From the NCBI RefSeq assembly GCF_963853765.1, contig NC_088858.1, positions 12,462,001 through 12,526,000 of the forward strand: 64,000 bases of DNA, written 5' to 3'. Under the pieces are notes generated by a model. That model saw only the letters and a program-made list of their open reading frames with translations, made no database searches and was not told the origin of the DNA. Shown here one piece after another: positions 62,262 through 64,000 of this stretch. The position numbers and the translations under genes are program-made. How positions within the stretch are numbered: position 1 is the stretch's first letter; each line of letters starts with the position of its first letter. The stretch comes from Magallana gigas (Eukaryota).

Positions 62262-64000
62262 TCAAAGATTGATTAAGACACATTAACATTTATGTCTTGA
62301 CATTGTATAATTCTTTACAACTGGAATTGGCAATTAGTAAGGGACTAGTGAGAATAAACAGAACGATCAGAGGAATGAAACAGCAACAGTTACAAGCGCA
62401 TTAAATAATAAAAATCCTTACACACAGGCCTCTGCAGTAAGTGACGACATTCTGTTTCCAAACTCATCAAATTTTCATTAAAGCGAGCGTTATATCGGCT
62501 CGTCTGTGACGCAAGCTTGTGACATAGAAACCATATCGGAGTAAATTATTTATGTCAAAAGTCGAGGCTGGCATCAGATGTTTATTATTAGAGAAGAACA
62601 TTACAATCGTTAGACGACAAATTGAAAACAGGGATTGAGTGGGAAGCAGTCATTACTTTCCAAACTGAATGAAAAATTTATATACTACACACAAAGAAAA
62701 CTTGTTTATCGAAGGTAACAAGATAACTATGTATTTATACCTACAAAACAAAAACGGACTTCACATATAATCTGCGGTAGATATGAAACAATGAATGAAG
62801 ATACGGGCTTGAAAAAATCAATTGGAATCATACACTCCTAAAGAATTTTTGAATTTCTATTCATTAGAAGAATAAAAAGATATATACATTGCGAGCAGCG
62901 ATGAAGCTTTAGTGACTGTCAATTTTGAAATAAGATACTTTTTGGTGGTATTCTTACAAACAGACTTCGACGTTGTTGCAATTAAGACCCGAATACACGA
63001 GTTCGTCAGTAGGCAAATGTACATTTCATACAGACGGATTCATCATCAAACGTATACATTTGAAACACTGTGTAATGCTAACAATATAAAATTGAAGAAA
63101 AAAAATACATTAGTATATTATTTCAATCCTCTCCCATGAAATAAAGTATTTAAGTAATATATTGAATACGATCGTTCTATACTTACGTTCACAGTGCGAA
63201 TCTCCTGTAAAAGTGAAAGACACGTGTAGATTACAAGATATCAGTGGGTAAACTGAAAGTACGCTAATCTATCCCTGACGGAATGTCACGTCATACTGTT
63301 AAAATTAGATCGATCAGGGGGCGATTTTCATTTCGGAGTAAGATTTTTTTTTAGACGCCTACATGGTAGCAAGTGCGCGTTTTATAATTTTTCTCGAAGT
63401 TCCTTCAGGAATCGTGCACCAATTTTTAGACTCATTAAGTTACAGTGACTGAAAAAAAAATCGCCAACATAAATGGTTTATTAGATTTTTTTTCTTACAT
63501 AAAGTGTGAAACCAACTTTTCTGCTTATGCTAATTGCTAAGTGAAAATTAGTAATTCTCTTGAACAATTATAATGTTGTTTGGAGTGTGAATATACAGCA
63601 GTTGGCTTTTAGCACTTCTTCCCAATTGTCTTGTCAAAAAAGATCCGGGACGTAAGGAAGCGTGAAAAACACTGATGAAGTGTTGATAGCAAATAGCAAG
63701 GGAAACTTGCGTCAAATTAAAAAAAAAAAACTTTAACATTAATGGCTTGCCCTGGAAATACAGTCGAATGATCAAATTGAGCAACTTAGAATTTTATGAT
63801 TTTTTGTTTTGGCTTTAAAGCTGAAAAGAAACAGTATCAATATTTTGTTTCTGTCATGTTCTTACTTCCTTTTATAAAAAAAAATGTTAAATTTGCTTTC
63901 ATATTTTTGAACAATTGATATGGTTAATCTTTGCTAAGATCCCAGAAATCGATTTTAATAATCAAATAAAATATACGACATTCCAAAGTATACCAGGAAA

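Overview
AT-rich, intron-containing animal genomic DNA. The repeat content (a Cg170-like satellite, Helentron/HINE-, Kolobok- and IS3EU-like elements, long (GA)n tracts) suggests an oyster of the Crassostrea/Magallana group; this is inference. I reconstructed seven spliced protein-coding genes by hand, checking GT-AG signals and frame continuity. (1) A tandem cluster of four NPC2/ML-domain genes at 6.5-18.1 kb, one on + and three on -. The two distal paralogs lack the third disulfide (C74-C80) and the D72/K75 loop but keep the sterol-pocket residues. (2) A 12-exon fungal CysB/Cys11-type cysteine synthase with a mitochondrial-type presequence (20.0-33.0 kb, +). (3) A 9-exon NPAS4/dysfusion bHLH-PAS gene (44.2-49.0 kb, -) with an immediate-early-type promoter and an intronic CRE+MEF2 pair. 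(4) An unrecognised low-complexity gene (59.5-62 kb, -) whose proximal promoter has the same CRE/CCAAT/E-box motif set. Intergenic DNA holds nested non-autonomous DNA transposons, tRNA-derived SINE pieces, palindromic MITEs and satellites. Most of the short ORFs in the supplied track are noise or exon fragments.
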